Source: Pseudomonadota bacterium
GTDB taxonomy: Bacteria; Bdellovibrionota_B; Oligoflexia; Silvanigrellales; Silvanigrellaceae
DNA length: 64,000 nucleotides
Reading direction: 5' to 3'
NCBI GenBank assembly: GCA_039799905.1
Contig: JBDLRP010000026.1
Coordinates: forward strand, 92,298 to 156,297
Part shown: positions 19,484-31,700 of the stretch, piece after piece
How positions within the stretch are numbered: position 1 is the stretch's first letter
How the letters are laid out: each line of letters opens with the position of its first letter
Program-made: the position numbers and the translations under genes
Notes under the pieces: generated by a model
The model's database searches: none
What the model was told of the DNA's origin: nothing
What the model saw: the letters and a program-made list of their open reading frames with translations, nothing else

Positions 19484-20716
19484 TCACACCCCAAAAGACA
19501 TGGCGTACGTGCGTACACTTGTGTTCTTGCCGCGAAGAACATCCTCAGACACAAAATGAAGACCGTCACGGCGACTGAGCCGCTCGTAAACAGCCTCGCT
19601 GGCGAGAATATCGACACGATGCTTTTTCGTGAGAGATTCAATCCTGGAAGCCGTATTCACGGTGTCACCTATGACAGTGTACTCACGGCGAAACCTCGCA
19701 CCCACATCACCGACTACAGCCAATCCTGAATGAAGACCGATTCCAATGTTGAGCGACGGCTCACCACGCTGCGCACGGACTGCGTTCAGTTCTGCAATCG
19801 CCTTGCGCATGCGAAGAGCGCAATCGACCGCCCGGTCGGCATGTGCAGGGTTGTAAACGGGTGCCCCGAAATAGGCCATCACTGCATCACCGATATACTT
19901 GTCGAGTGTGCCACCGGTTTCGAAAATACAAGCGACCAATTTTTCATGAACCTCATTCAACAGCCTGACAACATCCTGACCCGACATCGACTCGCTGATT
20001 TTTGTGAAATCTCGGATGTCGGCAAACAACACGGTTATCTCCATTTCCTTGCCCGATTCGTTTATTTCCTGATTGGACTGCAAGTGCTGAGCGACTGAGG
20101 GCGAAAAATAACGCGACAACTTTTCCAGTCTCATATGCTCATCGAATGAACGTCTGACCAAAACGTGCAGCCGGCTCGACTTAACGTGAGTCGCAACGAC
20201 TGCCACAATAATCAAAAGAACCGCAATGTACCTTGAATCGGGAGGAACTCTCGTTTCGGCATGAAGAATAACTGTCAGGGTGATCGCCATCACCGCGGTG
20301 ACGATGGATTGCAGGAAGCTGAAATAGAATCCGGAAAGATTTATGAAAAACAGCATGAAAGACAAGCCAAGCAGCCCCGTGGCTATTTGACCCTGAAGAC
20401 CTTTGCCCTGCGCCCACGTTTCGAGAATTAAAAATGTGAATGGGATATCAAGAAGCGGTATCGCAAAGGTACTCGCATTGCGCACGGTCTGGCTTTGTCT
20501 GGATGCAATCCAAAGAAGCGCAGCAACCGTGGAGTAAAGCAAGAAGATAAGCTCCTTGCCGCGAAAGGTTTGCAGGCCAAAGCCCCAACCCATAATCAAA
20601 TGCAGAGCAAAAAAAACAGAGACGGTAAAAAGCCGTATGGCAGCAAGTCGACGAACATTACCAAGCCGCTCTGTTTCCAACTCGCGCGCGAGTGACTCGA
20701 TGACTTTTTTGCTCAT
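19484..20716 (-). CDS. Membrane class III adenylate/guanylate cyclase
   Basis: About 6 TM helices; FADIRDFT, DKYIGDA, TVIGDTVNTASRIE (Lys/Thr ATP-type determinants); alternative start 20755. Confidence 0.9.
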   Translation of the reverse strand: MSKKVIESLARELETERLGNVRRLAAIRLFTVSVFFALHLIMGWGFGLQTFRGKELIFLLYSTVAALLWIASRQSQTVRNASTFAIPLLDIPFTFLILETWAQGKGLQGQIATGLLGLSFMLFFINLSGFYFSFLQSIVTAVMAITLTVILHAETRVPPDSRYIAVLLIIVAVVATHVKSSRLHVLVRRSFDEHMRLEKLSRYFSPSVAQHLQSNQEINESGKEMEITVLFADIRDFTKISESMSGQDVVRLLNEVHEKLVACIFETGGTLDKYIGDAVMAYFGAPVYNPAHADRAVDCALRMRKAIAELNAVRAQRGEPSLNIGIGLHSGLAVVGDVGARFRREYTVIGDTVNTASRIESLTKKHRVDILASEAVYERLSRRDGLHFVSEDVLRGKNTSVRTYAMSFGV

Positions 20717-20813
20717 TCGCCTCTGCCCTCCGAATCCCGAAAAGACTTTGTCCATCGAACAGAATCATTCAGAGAATCGCACACAGCACAGGATCGGCGG
20801 TAGGCAAAATTTT

Positions 20814-23576
20814 TCAGACTTTTGCCTGAGCGTCTTCCGGAGCGGGCTTAGCAGGCAAGGATTGCTTCAAAAGCTCTTTAAGCTCAGCCAAGTCCTTCTC
20901 CAATTTAACGGTTTTTTCACGCAGCTCGCCCAATTCACTCAACTTTTCCGAACCAGCCTGAGCAGAGAGTTTTCGCAGGAAGCGGTCCTGACTGCGGCGG
21001 GCACGCGGAATCAACATCGACAGCAAACCATAATTTTTTCGGTGAATGTACGATTCAAATGAGCCGGCCAGGGCACCATCCTGCGATTCAACCCAGATTT
21101 CCGGGAGCGCGGCAACAAGACGCACGGGATGCTTTCTATCAGCATATTGTTGCAACAACGGCCGTGTTTCACTGCGCGCTTCGGGAAAGCGCGCCGAAAG
21201 TGTGCCGGCAGCCTTGAGGGCGGCATTGCGCACTCGGTAGGGCAACAGATGGTTATCGACCATCTCCTGCAATCCGCTCAGATCGGAAGGCTGCACCAAT
21301 TCACCAATCAAGCGCAGAGCCGCAGATTCAACGATGCCCAAATGAGTTGTCCCGCCGGCGAGTGTCCAGGCCCAGGCAGACAATGCCTTTCGTGAATCCT
21401 GTTGCCGCAGCGTTGGTGACTTTTTCAACAGGTCGACAATTCCACCGAGGGCAGCGTCACGGACATTCAGAGGCTCGGCAGCCTGCGATGCAATTTCTTT
21501 CAACTGATCTAGCCACTCAACTTTATTGCGCAGCGCACTCTGACTCACAGCTGTAATCCAAGAGGTACGCGCCATCGGATGCCGCTCGACAGATGCCGTC
21601 AGCACTTCTGCCGCGAAATCCGGATTCGTATCCGCAAGCATGAGATATGCACTGGCACGTGCACGCCACAGCTGTTCACCCTTGAGCCAGTTCAGAACAA
21701 GCTCGCTGACTCCTGCCGGAACGTAACCGTCAACCAACGATTTGGCAGCGAGATACTTGAAATAACTCAACGGCCCAGTGCAAGTGCCAGTCGAAAGCAC
21801 TGCCTTCGCCCATTCCTTGGAAATCTTTTGTTTGACAGAACCAACCATCGTGCAATTTGGGTCGACGATTGCAAAAGAAACAGGCCGCTTGCAACTGAGA
21901 AGAATTTTCTCGTCTGTTTTACTGACCAGCAGATTTCTTTCCTCGCCGGTTCCATCTTCAAACTGAATGAAGATCTTTGTCTGAAATTCAGCCGGTTCTT
22001 TGTCGTCGGCACGGACTTGCTTCTGGACGAGAGCGACCTCTAATCCATTGGAAATTGAATCCGACTTGCTGACCTCTGCCTCAAGCTCAATGTGACCTGC
22101 ACGGAAAACAAATGTGTCGAAGAACTTTCGCGCATTGAATCCTGTCGACTCTTCGATGGAGCGAATGAGATCCTGAGTGGATACGGGGCTGAACTGATGT
22201 TTCGTCAGGTAGTAACCGACCGCTCTTCGGAATGCATCTTCGCCGATTGTGTCGCGCAGATGATTGAGCACCAGCGCACCCTTGTCATACAGATGCGCAT
22301 CGAAAATCTCAGACACAAACTCAAATTGATTGAAGACAATCGGCCGCTGATAGGTTTTGGACTCCTCAAGATATCCTTCTTGAAAATTTTCCTTCAGATA
22401 AAAAATCCCGGCAGCCTTTCCGTTGCAGTGCTCTTCCCAAAGAACTTCCGAGTGCGTCGCAAAACCCTCGTTGAGCCAGCCTTCCGACCAGGTTTCGCAC
22501 GTCACTGTGTCACCGAACCACTGATGCGCAAGTTCATGCATCACCAGAAAGTGGCGCGACTCACTGCCAACCATGAACTCCTGCGGACCAATGACGTTGT
22601 CGGTGTTGAACGTGGCAGTCGTGTTTTCCATTCCGCCGTATAGAAAATCGGCAACAAAAGCCTGTCCGTACTTGCTCCACGGATATTCATATCCCCAGTA
22701 GTTGGAGTAGAATTCCATCATTTTCGCCGTGTCGTTGGCGAGCGTCGCCGCCGTCTCGGAGAATTTCTGAGGAACAAGCACACTGACGTCACGACCGCGC
22801 CATGCGATTTTGTGTTCATGAAATTCACCGCAGGCGAATGCAACCAGATACGGCGCGTGAGGATGTCGCAGAATCCACTCCTGCGTCCGCCAGCCGCCCT
22901 CAACCATATCACTGACGCATTGGCCGTTTCCGAGTCCCTTCCATGCCGCAGGAAAGCTGAGCCGCTGCAGAACGGTCATCTTCATTCGAGGATCATCCTG
23001 ACAAGGAAACCAGAACGGTGAATCAGTGTCCTGCCCTTGAGTCCAGATGCAATCGTAGGCCGCATCGGTCGTTCTCTTTTTGTGGACAAAATACAGACCA
23101 GCATTGGGACGGGTGATTGTATAATGAATTTTTGCAACCACGAGCTGCCCCTGCCGCAAGGGCTCGTCAAAACGCATTCCCAGCACTGCGTCGTCATATT
23201 CAAAGCTGACGGGTTTGAATGAAAGGGCTTCAATGGCGTGCGGAGCACTGATGTCGAATGCAGAAACCCGTGCAAACTGAACGTCGTGAATCTGCATCTC
23301 GCGTGCATCGAACGTCGCCTGAGCGGCTCCTTCGGACATCGCCCTAACAACAACATACGCATAGGCTTCGAACTGGTCGTCATCGAAGTTGAAGCGCCCT
23401 GCCAGAGTCAGGTGAATTTGTCGGCAGTATCGATGTGGTTCGTAGTATTGCTTTGCAGATTTGAGTGCCGGGAAGTTTTTTGCTGCAGAGGTCTGACTCG
23501 CTGTTCCCGACCCGCTGGGCAGACGCTCACGTCTGCGAGCTTCAAGCATTTTCTCCAAATGAGAACCCAAAATCAT
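20814..23576 (-). CDS. M1 family aminopeptidase (PepN-like) with helical/HEAT C-terminus
   Basis: GGMEN, HELAHQW, NEGFA, YDKGA; GGAGGAG RBS before 23576. Confidence 0.92.
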   Translation of the reverse strand: MILGSHLEKMLEARRRERLPSGSGTASQTSAAKNFPALKSAKQYYEPHRYCRQIHLTLAGRFNFDDDQFEAYAYVVVRAMSEGAAQATFDAREMQIHDVQFARVSAFDISAPHAIEALSFKPVSFEYDDAVLGMRFDEPLRQGQLVVAKIHYTITRPNAGLYFVHKKRTTDAAYDCIWTQGQDTDSPFWFPCQDDPRMKMTVLQRLSFPAAWKGLGNGQCVSDMVEGGWRTQEWILRHPHAPYLVAFACGEFHEHKIAWRGRDVSVLVPQKFSETAATLANDTAKMMEFYSNYWGYEYPWSKYGQAFVADFLYGGMENTTATFNTDNVIGPQEFMVGSESRHFLVMHELAHQWFGDTVTCETWSEGWLNEGFATHSEVLWEEHCNGKAAGIFYLKENFQEGYLEESKTYQRPIVFNQFEFVSEIFDAHLYDKGALVLNHLRDTIGEDAFRRAVGYYLTKHQFSPVSTQDLIRSIEESTGFNARKFFDTFVFRAGHIELEAEVSKSDSISNGLEVALVQKQVRADDKEPAEFQTKIFIQFEDGTGEERNLLVSKTDEKILLSCKRPVSFAIVDPNCTMVGSVKQKISKEWAKAVLSTGTCTGPLSYFKYLAAKSLVDGYVPAGVSELVLNWLKGEQLWRARASAYLMLADTNPDFAAEVLTASVERHPMARTSWITAVSQSALRNKVEWLDQLKEIASQAAEPLNVRDAALGGIVDLLKKSPTLRQQDSRKALSAWAWTLAGGTTHLGIVESAALRLIGELVQPSDLSGLQEMVDNHLLPYRVRNAALKAAGTLSARFPEARSETRPLLQQYADRKHPVRLVAALPEIWVESQDGALAGSFESYIHRKNYGLLSMLIPRARRSQDRFLRKLSAQAGSEKLSELGELREKTVKLEKDLAELKELLKQSLPAKPAPEDAQAKV

Positions 23577-23732
23577 GGCCGACTCCTCCAGACTCAAAAT
23601 CAGTGACAAACACTGTGTCCTGTAACCCTGCTCTGGCTGCAGCTGCAAGAACCCGAGGGCATTTTGCCGGCCCCTGCAAAGTGTGCTACCAGTCGGGTAA
23701 ACAGAAGACTTTTGACCTCGGAGGTCGTTTTC

Positions 23733-25151
23733 ATGCGACTGATACTTGCCAAAAAACTCCTTGCGGGTCTGTGGATGACCGTTCTGACAAGCTCAGTGAC
23801 GTCGTCCTTTGCCGCTGCCGACGCGCGGGCAGATACCTTCAAATCACTTGACAGCGACAGTGCGGATCATTCCTGCCAAATCGTACTCCGCCAGGCAGAG
23901 TTGAAGCGCGATTCAAATGGTCAGCCGCAAACCGAGACTGATGCTTCAGGAGTCACTTGGTACGTGTTTGAAAGCACGGTCGACGTGGCCATCGCCCCGC
24001 TGTCGACGGGCACGTCTGTCTACCTGCTCTACCGGAACTCCGAAGATCCGCTTTGGCATGTTGCCCCGGGCTTAACTATCGAAGGCGCACCTAAGGGTAT
24101 GCAAAGACTGTCCTTCCGCATTCATGAAGGCACACTGCCAGCAGCATCCGGACCATCAGCACTTCCCAGCAGCAGCAAAAAACTCCATATTATTCCGTTC
24201 CTGCAAACCGCCGATGGTCGGAGGATCTTCGATCACAACTCTAGCCTGTCGACCTCCGACAGCCTTGTCATCGACTCCTCCAACAAATGGAGCATCAATA
24301 CGCCGCCAACGCTGTGCCCATCCGCTGGACGTGGCTCGGGAACTCTCAGGTTTTTGGGAAATTGGACAATGGACCAGCGCGGCCTTCCACAACCCGGCCA
24401 TTCACTCGTCGTGGAATATGACCTTGCACGCCTGCCACAGTGCCATTCATCCAGCTATAACGGACTTCCGGCATGGCAGACCGATGCCTCAATCCGATTT
24501 TTCCCGAACGGCGAAGAGTACAGCGCATCACTCAACTCCCTGCAGAATGGCAAAATGGTCGCCACCCCCGCCCGCTTCGAAATTCCAGCGGAGGCGACCC
24601 ATGCACAAGTCTGGTTCAAAACCCGCGGAAGAAATTGTGAAGCCGTATGGGACAGCAACTATGGCCGCAACTACGAATTCAGCCTGCGCGCCGATGTTGC
24701 ATCTTCGCCTTCGTGGGCGGGCCAGTGGCGTCTCGGTCGCAGCACCGGACAGTGCCAGTCTGTAAGTCAGTTTGATTCATTGCCTGAAGAAGTCACCTTT
24801 TCAGAAGGAGAACTCAAATCCTGTAAGGTCATCGAAGCTGAAGTACTCGTCCCCGGCTTGACCACTGCAGTTGAAACCTCACCCGAAGCGATACAGGCGC
24901 AAGTCCGCTGGTCGCTGGATGGCGTGACGCAACAGCCCGTGTGGCTGACTTTCGCGGGCAGAAGCGGACAAAACTTCCGCTACCGGTGGACTATCCCAAG
25001 CGAATTCTTATCAAAATACTCTTGGCGAAAGATCGAATATTCATTCCAATTTTCGACCGACGGCCTCTTCTGGCTTGCAGCCGGACGGTCAAACAACCGC
25101 CAGAACGGCACAGTGCATCCCAGAACTATCGAATACCGAGCTGTTCCATAA
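23733..25151 (+). CDS. Secreted DUF6209-like protein
   Basis: Signal peptide; YDLARLPQC..YNGLPAW and WDSNYGRNY patterns; GGAGG RBS. Confidence 0.65.
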   Translation: MRLILAKKLLAGLWMTVLTSSVTSSFAAADARADTFKSLDSDSADHSCQIVLRQAELKRDSNGQPQTETDASGVTWYVFESTVDVAIAPLSTGTSVYLLYRNSEDPLWHVAPGLTIEGAPKGMQRLSFRIHEGTLPAASGPSALPSSSKKLHIIPFLQTADGRRIFDHNSSLSTSDSLVIDSSNKWSINTPPTLCPSAGRGSGTLRFLGNWTMDQRGLPQPGHSLVVEYDLARLPQCHSSSYNGLPAWQTDASIRFFPNGEEYSASLNSLQNGKMVATPARFEIPAEATHAQVWFKTRGRNCEAVWDSNYGRNYEFSLRADVASSPSWAGQWRLGRSTGQCQSVSQFDSLPEEVTFSEGELKSCKVIEAEVLVPGLTTAVETSPEAIQAQVRWSLDGVTQQPVWLTFAGRSGQNFRYRWTIPSEFLSKYSWRKIEYSFQFSTDGLFWLAAGRSNNRQNGTVHPRTIEYRAVP

Positions 25152-25177
25152 AACACGCAGAGTTTCGGAGAACGAAA

Positions 25178-27502
25178 ATGAACGCTTTGCCGCTCCTCCG
25201 CAAGTCGACTCAATTCTTCTCAGCGTTGTTCATTTGCATTGTTGCAAGTTCGAACGCCCATGCTTTTGATTCCGGCAGCTATACCACTTCCGGCTCGCGC
25301 GCATTGGCCGACTCCAACTCAAGTGGTGATTCACTGCTTGCAGGCGACAACAAAATCCTCATCAGTCGCGGCCAAAACTCATACGCACTGCGTCTTCCGA
25401 AAGTCTTTGCGAACGAGCCCTCCGTCGTCACCGGTGCTCTGCTTGAGCGCACGAAATCGCAGGAGAGTGCCACCACTGCATACATTTGCTCTCAGACTCA
25501 CATGTCGAAACTGATGGTCACAGAAGGTGGACTCACGGCCTCAAGTTCGACGGAGTTGACAAAACTCCTCGGCCTCAAGGGCGCGCGCGATTTGCGCTGC
25601 GCAGTTGACCGCAAAGGGCGCAATCTTATCGCACTGAATCTGAAAAACGGGGCAGCGCGTTTATTTGCCCTTGAAGCCAGTGGCTCAAGCGTTACACAGA
25701 ACATCAACCTGCCAAAAATTTCCGGTCGCTGGACTCATGTCGTTCACGTCGGCGAGATGTATGTTGCCTTCTCAGATACTGGAGCCGCAGCAGCTATCGA
25801 GGCTGCCGCACAAAATGGCCAACAGGTTCGTCTTATCCGATCGCCATGGAGCGAGCTCGACTCACACGACACACTTTCCAGCAATGGCCGGCAACTCCTA
25901 AGAGCGGGCGAATCGCAGGTCAGCCTCACTTCGCTGCAGGCAGGGGAACAAAATCCCGCATGGACTGCACTGAGCAGAATCAGCATTAGCCCTTGCTCAG
26001 AGTCGGGCGGCTGTGGCGCATGGATTTCTCCCGAGGGTCAATGGATCGTTTCCGGCTCATGGGGCACTTATTCGGGACTGGGGCAGCAATTTTCTCGGCT
26101 GAATGTGCCGCTCGTCATGAGCGACTCGACCAGCCCCGGAGTGGCGCTCGTGCCCGCACGTAACGGTTATCTCCTGATCGGCGACGTCGAGGCGGACGTC
26201 GGAACTTTGCCTGCCGCAGTGACTCTCTTTCGGCAGCATTCACACCGGATGAGCGCGACGAACGAATCAAGAAGCCTGAGGCCAAACAGGTACATCGTCT
26301 GGTTAAAAGGTCGAGTAAGCGATTTGGCTGAGCAATTTGCGGGCGAAAGCCGTCTGCCTGAGCCGTTGTTCCGCTACAACATCCATGGCGAGCGCAACGC
26401 ACTCGAAGGTGACGTTATCGTCGTTGAAGGAAAGATTCCACAAAGACTTCCCGCCCATTGGGCCGCCGCAGAGGCTCAGGTCGAATTCGCTCCGCTGACA
26501 ATGACCAGCGAGTGGACACCAGCTTCACGCAGCTCATTCACGACACCGCCGCAAACCAGCTGGTGGAGTGATTCTCTGAAATTCAAACAAGCCGTCCTCG
26601 AGTTGCAAGGCAACAAAATCCAGCCCCAAAAGGTGACTGTTGCAGTCATTGATAGCGGTGCCGACACGAGCCACCCCGCTCTGCAGGGCATTTTTCAAAT
26701 CAATCAAGACGAGGTGCCTGCAAACGGTGTCGACGACGACGCCAACGGACTTGTCGATGACGTCATTGGGTATGACTTCATTAGTGAACAAGCATCGCCA
26801 GATGACCCCTTTGGTCACGGCACGCATGTGGCGGGTTTGCTGAGGAATCTTTGGTCATCAAAAGGAATTCTCGGAGGCGCATTCAATGCAGAGCTGAGAA
26901 TTTTCCGCGCCCTTGATGCCAAAGGAAAAAGCAACAGCGTCGATCTCGCACGTGCAATCTCGGCAGCAATCCGCAGTCGGGTAGACATTATGAACTGCTC
27001 ATGGGGTGGCGGCCCCGAAACTCAAGTCCTGAAGGACGCTTTCGCCGCAGCACGGGCTTCAGAAATGCTGATTTTTTCATCGGCGGGCAACGATGCAATC
27101 AACACCGACAAATTCCCGCAGGTGCCGAAAAAATTCCCTGGCATTTTGTCAATCGGAGCGGCGTCGGCGGAACTGTCACGCGCAAGATTCAGCAACTGGG
27201 GTGTCAACTCCGTGTATCTGTTTGCACCCGGCACAGACATCCTGAGCACACTGCCCGATGGTCGTCTCGGCGAAAAATCGGGCACTAGCATGGCGTCGCC
27301 GATTGCGGCCTCTGTTGGTGCACTTGTTTTTGGAACTTTGCGTGCCAAATACCCCGAATGGTCACGCGCACAACAAATCAAGGCAACGGAGGACATCCTT
27401 TGTGGTAGTTCGGACAAGAACCGTCTGGCTGCACCAAACTCAAAATGTGGTTCCATTAATGCTTTAAATGCGATCCGGACAACTTTGGAGGAGGTTCGGT
27501 GA
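25178..27502 (+). CDS. Secreted S8 subtilisin-like serine peptidase with a long N-terminal extension
   Basis: VIDSG (Asp), GHGTHVAG (His), SAGND, GTSMA (Ser); signal peptide ending AHA. Confidence 0.9.
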   Translation: MNALPLLRKSTQFFSALFICIVASSNAHAFDSGSYTTSGSRALADSNSSGDSLLAGDNKILISRGQNSYALRLPKVFANEPSVVTGALLERTKSQESATTAYICSQTHMSKLMVTEGGLTASSSTELTKLLGLKGARDLRCAVDRKGRNLIALNLKNGAARLFALEASGSSVTQNINLPKISGRWTHVVHVGEMYVAFSDTGAAAAIEAAAQNGQQVRLIRSPWSELDSHDTLSSNGRQLLRAGESQVSLTSLQAGEQNPAWTALSRISISPCSESGGCGAWISPEGQWIVSGSWGTYSGLGQQFSRLNVPLVMSDSTSPGVALVPARNGYLLIGDVEADVGTLPAAVTLFRQHSHRMSATNESRSLRPNRYIVWLKGRVSDLAEQFAGESRLPEPLFRYNIHGERNALEGDVIVVEGKIPQRLPAHWAAAEAQVEFAPLTMTSEWTPASRSSFTTPPQTSWWSDSLKFKQAVLELQGNKIQPQKVTVAVIDSGADTSHPALQGIFQINQDEVPANGVDDDANGLVDDVIGYDFISEQASPDDPFGHGTHVAGLLRNLWSSKGILGGAFNAELRIFRALDAKGKSNSVDLARAISAAIRSRVDIMNCSWGGGPETQVLKDAFAAARASEMLIFSSAGNDAINTDKFPQVPKKFPGILSIGAASAELSRARFSNWGVNSVYLFAPGTDILSTLPDGRLGEKSGTSMASPIAASVGALVFGTLRAKYPEWSRAQQIKATEDILCGSSDKNRLAAPNSKCGSINALNAIRTTLEEVR

Positions 27503-27578
27503 CTTGCGTTCAGGCAGGCAGTCAAGTACCAAATTTGGGCATATAAATTCATTTCACTGATTAGATTTTGGAGTCACC

Positions 27579-28703
27579 ATGGCCAAGCTGGTCATCAAGG
27601 ATCTGAACAAGGTCTACGAAAACAAAGTTGAGGTTCTGAAAAACGTCAACATCGAGGCCGCGCACGGAGAGTTTCTTGTCCTTGTCGGGCCATCAGGATG
27701 CGGCAAATCGACACTCCTGCGGATGATTGCCGGGCTCGAAGATGTGACGTCGGGTAACATCCAAATCGGCGATCGGGTCGTGAATGAACTCGCCCCCGCT
27801 GAACGTGACATTGCAATGGTATTTCAGGACTACGCGCTCTATCCGCACATGACAGTGCGCGAAAATTTGAGCTTCGGACTGCGCATCAAGAAAAGACCGC
27901 AAGACGAAATCGATGAGCGCGTTCAAACTGCAGGCAAGATGCTCAACATCGACCATCTTCTCGATCGCAAACCAAGCCAACTTTCGGGCGGACAACGCCA
28001 ACGCGTGGCCATTGGCCGTGCTATCGTCCGCAAGCCCGCTCTGTTTTTGTTTGACGAGCCGCTCTCCAACCTCGATGCTCAGCTGCGCAGCCAGACCCGC
28101 ATCGAGCTTGCTGCACTGCATCAAAAAGTCGGCGCCACGGTTGTCTATGTGACACACGATCAGGTGGAAGCCATGACGCTGGCAGACCGCATCGCAGTGC
28201 TCAACAAGGGCCGCGTGCAACAACTCGGCTCTCCGCTTGAGCTCTACAATAACCCAGTGAACACCTTCGTTGCGGCATTTATCGGTAACCCCAGCATGAA
28301 TTTCTTCAAAGGACAGCTGGACGTTTCGGGCGGACGCAAAACCTTTACATTCAACGGTCTGAGTTTCGACCTGTCGGATGCGCCGACCCCGAAAACCTCG
28401 GGCAACTACACTCTTGGTCTGCGTCCCGAATCACTTAAAGTTCTGGCCAAAGAAGGACGTGAGTCGGAAGGGCGTACCGATTGCACGCCAAAAGTATTGC
28501 TCGTGGAACCGCACGGGCATGAGACTCATCTCGTGGCCACGATTGGGGGTCAGCAGGTGATCATTCGGTCAGCAAACCCCAAACGCCTGCAAGTCATGGA
28601 AACAGCCGTACGCGGCTCGGAACTTGCAACCACTATTGATCGCAAAGCACTGCATTGGTTCGACTCCACGGAAGAAGGCGGACGCGTGAATGAATTGGTT
28701 TAA
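27579..28703 (+). CDS. malK: MalK/MsmX-type sugar ABC ATPase
   Basis: [37 protein letters not shown]-like tail. Confidence 0.9.
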   Translation: MAKLVIKDLNKVYENKVEVLKNVNIEAAHGEFLVLVGPSGCGKSTLLRMIAGLEDVTSGNIQIGDRVVNELAPAERDIAMVFQDYALYPHMTVRENLSFGLRIKKRPQDEIDERVQTAGKMLNIDHLLDRKPSQLSGGQRQRVAIGRAIVRKPALFLFDEPLSNLDAQLRSQTRIELAALHQKVGATVVYVTHDQVEAMTLADRIAVLNKGRVQQLGSPLELYNNPVNTFVAAFIGNPSMNFFKGQLDVSGGRKTFTFNGLSFDLSDAPTPKTSGNYTLGLRPESLKVLAKEGRESEGRTDCTPKVLLVEPHGHETHLVATIGGQQVIIRSANPKRLQVMETAVRGSELATTIDRKALHWFDSTEEGGRVNELV

Positions 28704-31700
28704 CAATACTCTCGAGCATAAGTCAGGGTTCAGATTTTCAATTATTGTCGCGACACTGATCGCAGCCCTGAGCGGCTGCCGATCGTCGTCGGCACCGATC
28801 TCGGGTGCGCGGCTGAGTCAGCTGGCTGCTACGAGCGAGCCCACGTATCTTTGGGGGCAGCTCGCGACAGAAGCCGAACCCTCTGCAGAATTGCAGCGAC
28901 TGCGCCGAAATCAGCGCGGCAATGTCAACAACAACGCAGAACTTCCGCAACTTGAAATTCAAACAAAAATGATTGGGGAAAGCGGTGAGCAGGAACTGAG
29001 CTTTCGTGCGCACCAAGGAGCGAAAGTATTCTATACGCTCGACGGCTCCATTCCAATTGTCACCGGCATGCGTCCGCAGGGAAGCACGAAAACTTTCAAT
29101 GCCAATGAAAGAATCTCGCAGCCGACGCTGGTCCGCGCGATCGCCGTAGATCAACGCGGTGTGGCCTCTTATTTGCGTTCGGCAATCGTTACGCCCAAAC
29201 GTGCCGATTTCAAGCTGAGCAAACTGCCGCCGCAGAGCAAACAGGTGAAGGCTGTTTACGTCACCGGCTCATTTCGCGGCTGGTCGACCGGATTCGACGA
29301 CAACTATCGCCTGACACCGCAGACGGATGGCTCATTTCAGCGCACGGTTTTGCTCGATCGCACCCATGAGGTCCTCTATAAGTTTGTCGTCCGCTATGAA
29401 GACGAAACGTTCTCTTGGCTCGCCGACGGCAGTCAGCCACAAAGTGGATTAGCACCCTACAACAACAACATTCTTCTCTCGCCGCGGGCACAGCTCGCCA
29501 AGTCGTTTATCGGCAAGAAAGATGGCCTGCTTGATGAGGCGGCCATTGACCTGAGCATGCAGTCGGTGGCTGCGATTGATGCAGGTGAGCGTGTTGTCAG
29601 ATTCAAACTGAAAATGTTCGAAGGCGACGCTGAGAGTGTGTCTGTCGCGTTCTCGGATGGTCAGCAGATGGCGCTCGCTCCGCAATCTTCCTACACCGTC
29701 GATTCGCTGCGTTACACCGTGTACTCAGGCTTGCTGACGCTGCCCGAGAGTTCGATCCGTTCGTCTTTCGTGGTGAAAGCCAAAGACAACGAAAATGTAT
29801 TCCGTATCGGCCGCGCGGGAATCATCACCGGCGACCCGTTCTCCTCTGCGCAGCGTCCAAACACCTTCGATTTCAACTACAACTCCGTTACACAACAAAT
29901 CAACGGGGAAGACCTCTACCAAGTGCCGCTGTGGTCGGTCGATGCGACTTGGTATCAAATTTTTCCAGAACGTTTCCGTAACGGAGATGTTTCGAACGAC
30001 GTCCTCGGCGAGTTTCCGACGGAATGGGAAAAGAGCCGTCCTGCGCTTTCGCGCCTCGACAGAACGATTTCTCCATGGACAGGAAGCTGGTTCAGCTTCA
30101 CTCCAGTCGAAAAGAATATGGAGCGCATCGTCAGGCAAACCCAGCCTGAGCTCGACCCGCGCGAGATTCAACGACAGATTATTTTTACCCGCCGCTATGG
30201 CGGCGACCTGCGCGGTGTGAAGGACGCCCTTCCCTATTTGAAGGCGCTGGGCATCACCGGAGTGTACTTCAATCCGGTTTTCGACTCGGATTCGCTGCAT
30301 CGCTACGACACTAAAGACTACCGCCATGTCGACCCGAAACTTGGGCCAATGACGGTTGGCGCAGACGGCAAACCCGATCTGTACGAAGACGACAAAAAGC
30401 TGCTTGCCGCTGAAAAACTCGATGACCCGTCGACCTGGAAATACACACGCGCCGACAAGGAATTCATGGCGCTGGTCACCGAACTGCAGGCAAATGGCAT
30501 CCGTGTTGTGATTGACGGAGTTTTCAACCATTCGGCCACAGACGGGCCGCTGGTTGAGGACATTGCACGGCGTGGCCGCGCGTCTCCGTACTACGACTGG
30601 TTTGCCACTTCGTACGAAGGTGAGGCGAATTATTATGCACGCTCCTGCCAGCTGTCCGAATTCTACCCCGACGCCGGCGAGTTTCCATTTGCAAGCAAAA
30701 TCCGCTTTGACTCGTGGGCCGGCTTTTGTCCGCTGATCAATCACCGTCAAGGCTTTCCAAACGGCGCTTTGCATCCCGGATTGCAGAAACATATTTTCGC
30801 AGTCGTGGATCGCTGGTTTGAACCAAAGAACATCGACGGAATTCAGTTCAACGGCGTGGACGGAATTCGCCTCGACGTGTACGCAGACGTCCCAGTGTCT
30901 TTTTGGCGGCTTTTCAGAAAGCATCTGAAGAGCGTCAAGCGTGACGCTTTGATCATCGCCGAAGACTGGTACGACGGCTTTGACATGCTGCAGGGCGACC
31001 AAGCCGACGGCATCATGAACTATCGCGCGCGCACTCTGGCCGAGAGCTGGTTCATCAACCCCGACCAGCGCAACAAGTTCACACCCAGCGCCGCGCAGAA
31101 CTTCCTTGAGACTCGTCTGAACGGTTACCGCGAGCACATCAAACATGCGCTCTGGACGATGCTCGACAGTCACGACACAGACCGCTTCCTGAGCAAAACT
31201 ATCTGGCAAAACCGCTGGCTTTCAACCCGCCCGCAGGATGGCAACAGCTGGGACAACGATACGGTCAACAAACCTGACCGTGGTGCGCTGTATTCCAACG
31301 ACAAACCCGGTTTGCTGGAAAAAGAGTTTTACAAGGGGATGGTCGCATTTCAAATGGCTTACGTCGGAGCACCAGTCGTATATTACGGTGCTGAAATTGG
31401 CATGTGGGGAGCGGACGATCCGACCTGCCGCAAACCGATGGTCTGGGACGACCTGAGCGCCGGACAATTCGAAACACAGTGCGTCACGCACCCCGGTGCA
31501 TGGTGCCTCGAAAACACTGGCGTGAAGTTTTCTTCTGAAGCCGACAAAGACATGCTCGCCGTCCACAAGCGCATCATCAAAGCGCGCAACGAACATCCCG
31601 CATTGCGCAGAGGCAAGTTGAACTCATCGCTGTCGCTTGTTGTCAACGGACAAGCCGTTTCGGTCGGCAGTCCGAGTGCCGACTGGACTTGGCTGTGGGG

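Noticed and set aside
29725..31209. 494-aa antisense ORF
   Set aside because: Lies entirely opposite the GH13 catalytic domain and has no motifs; typical shadow ORF from codon bias
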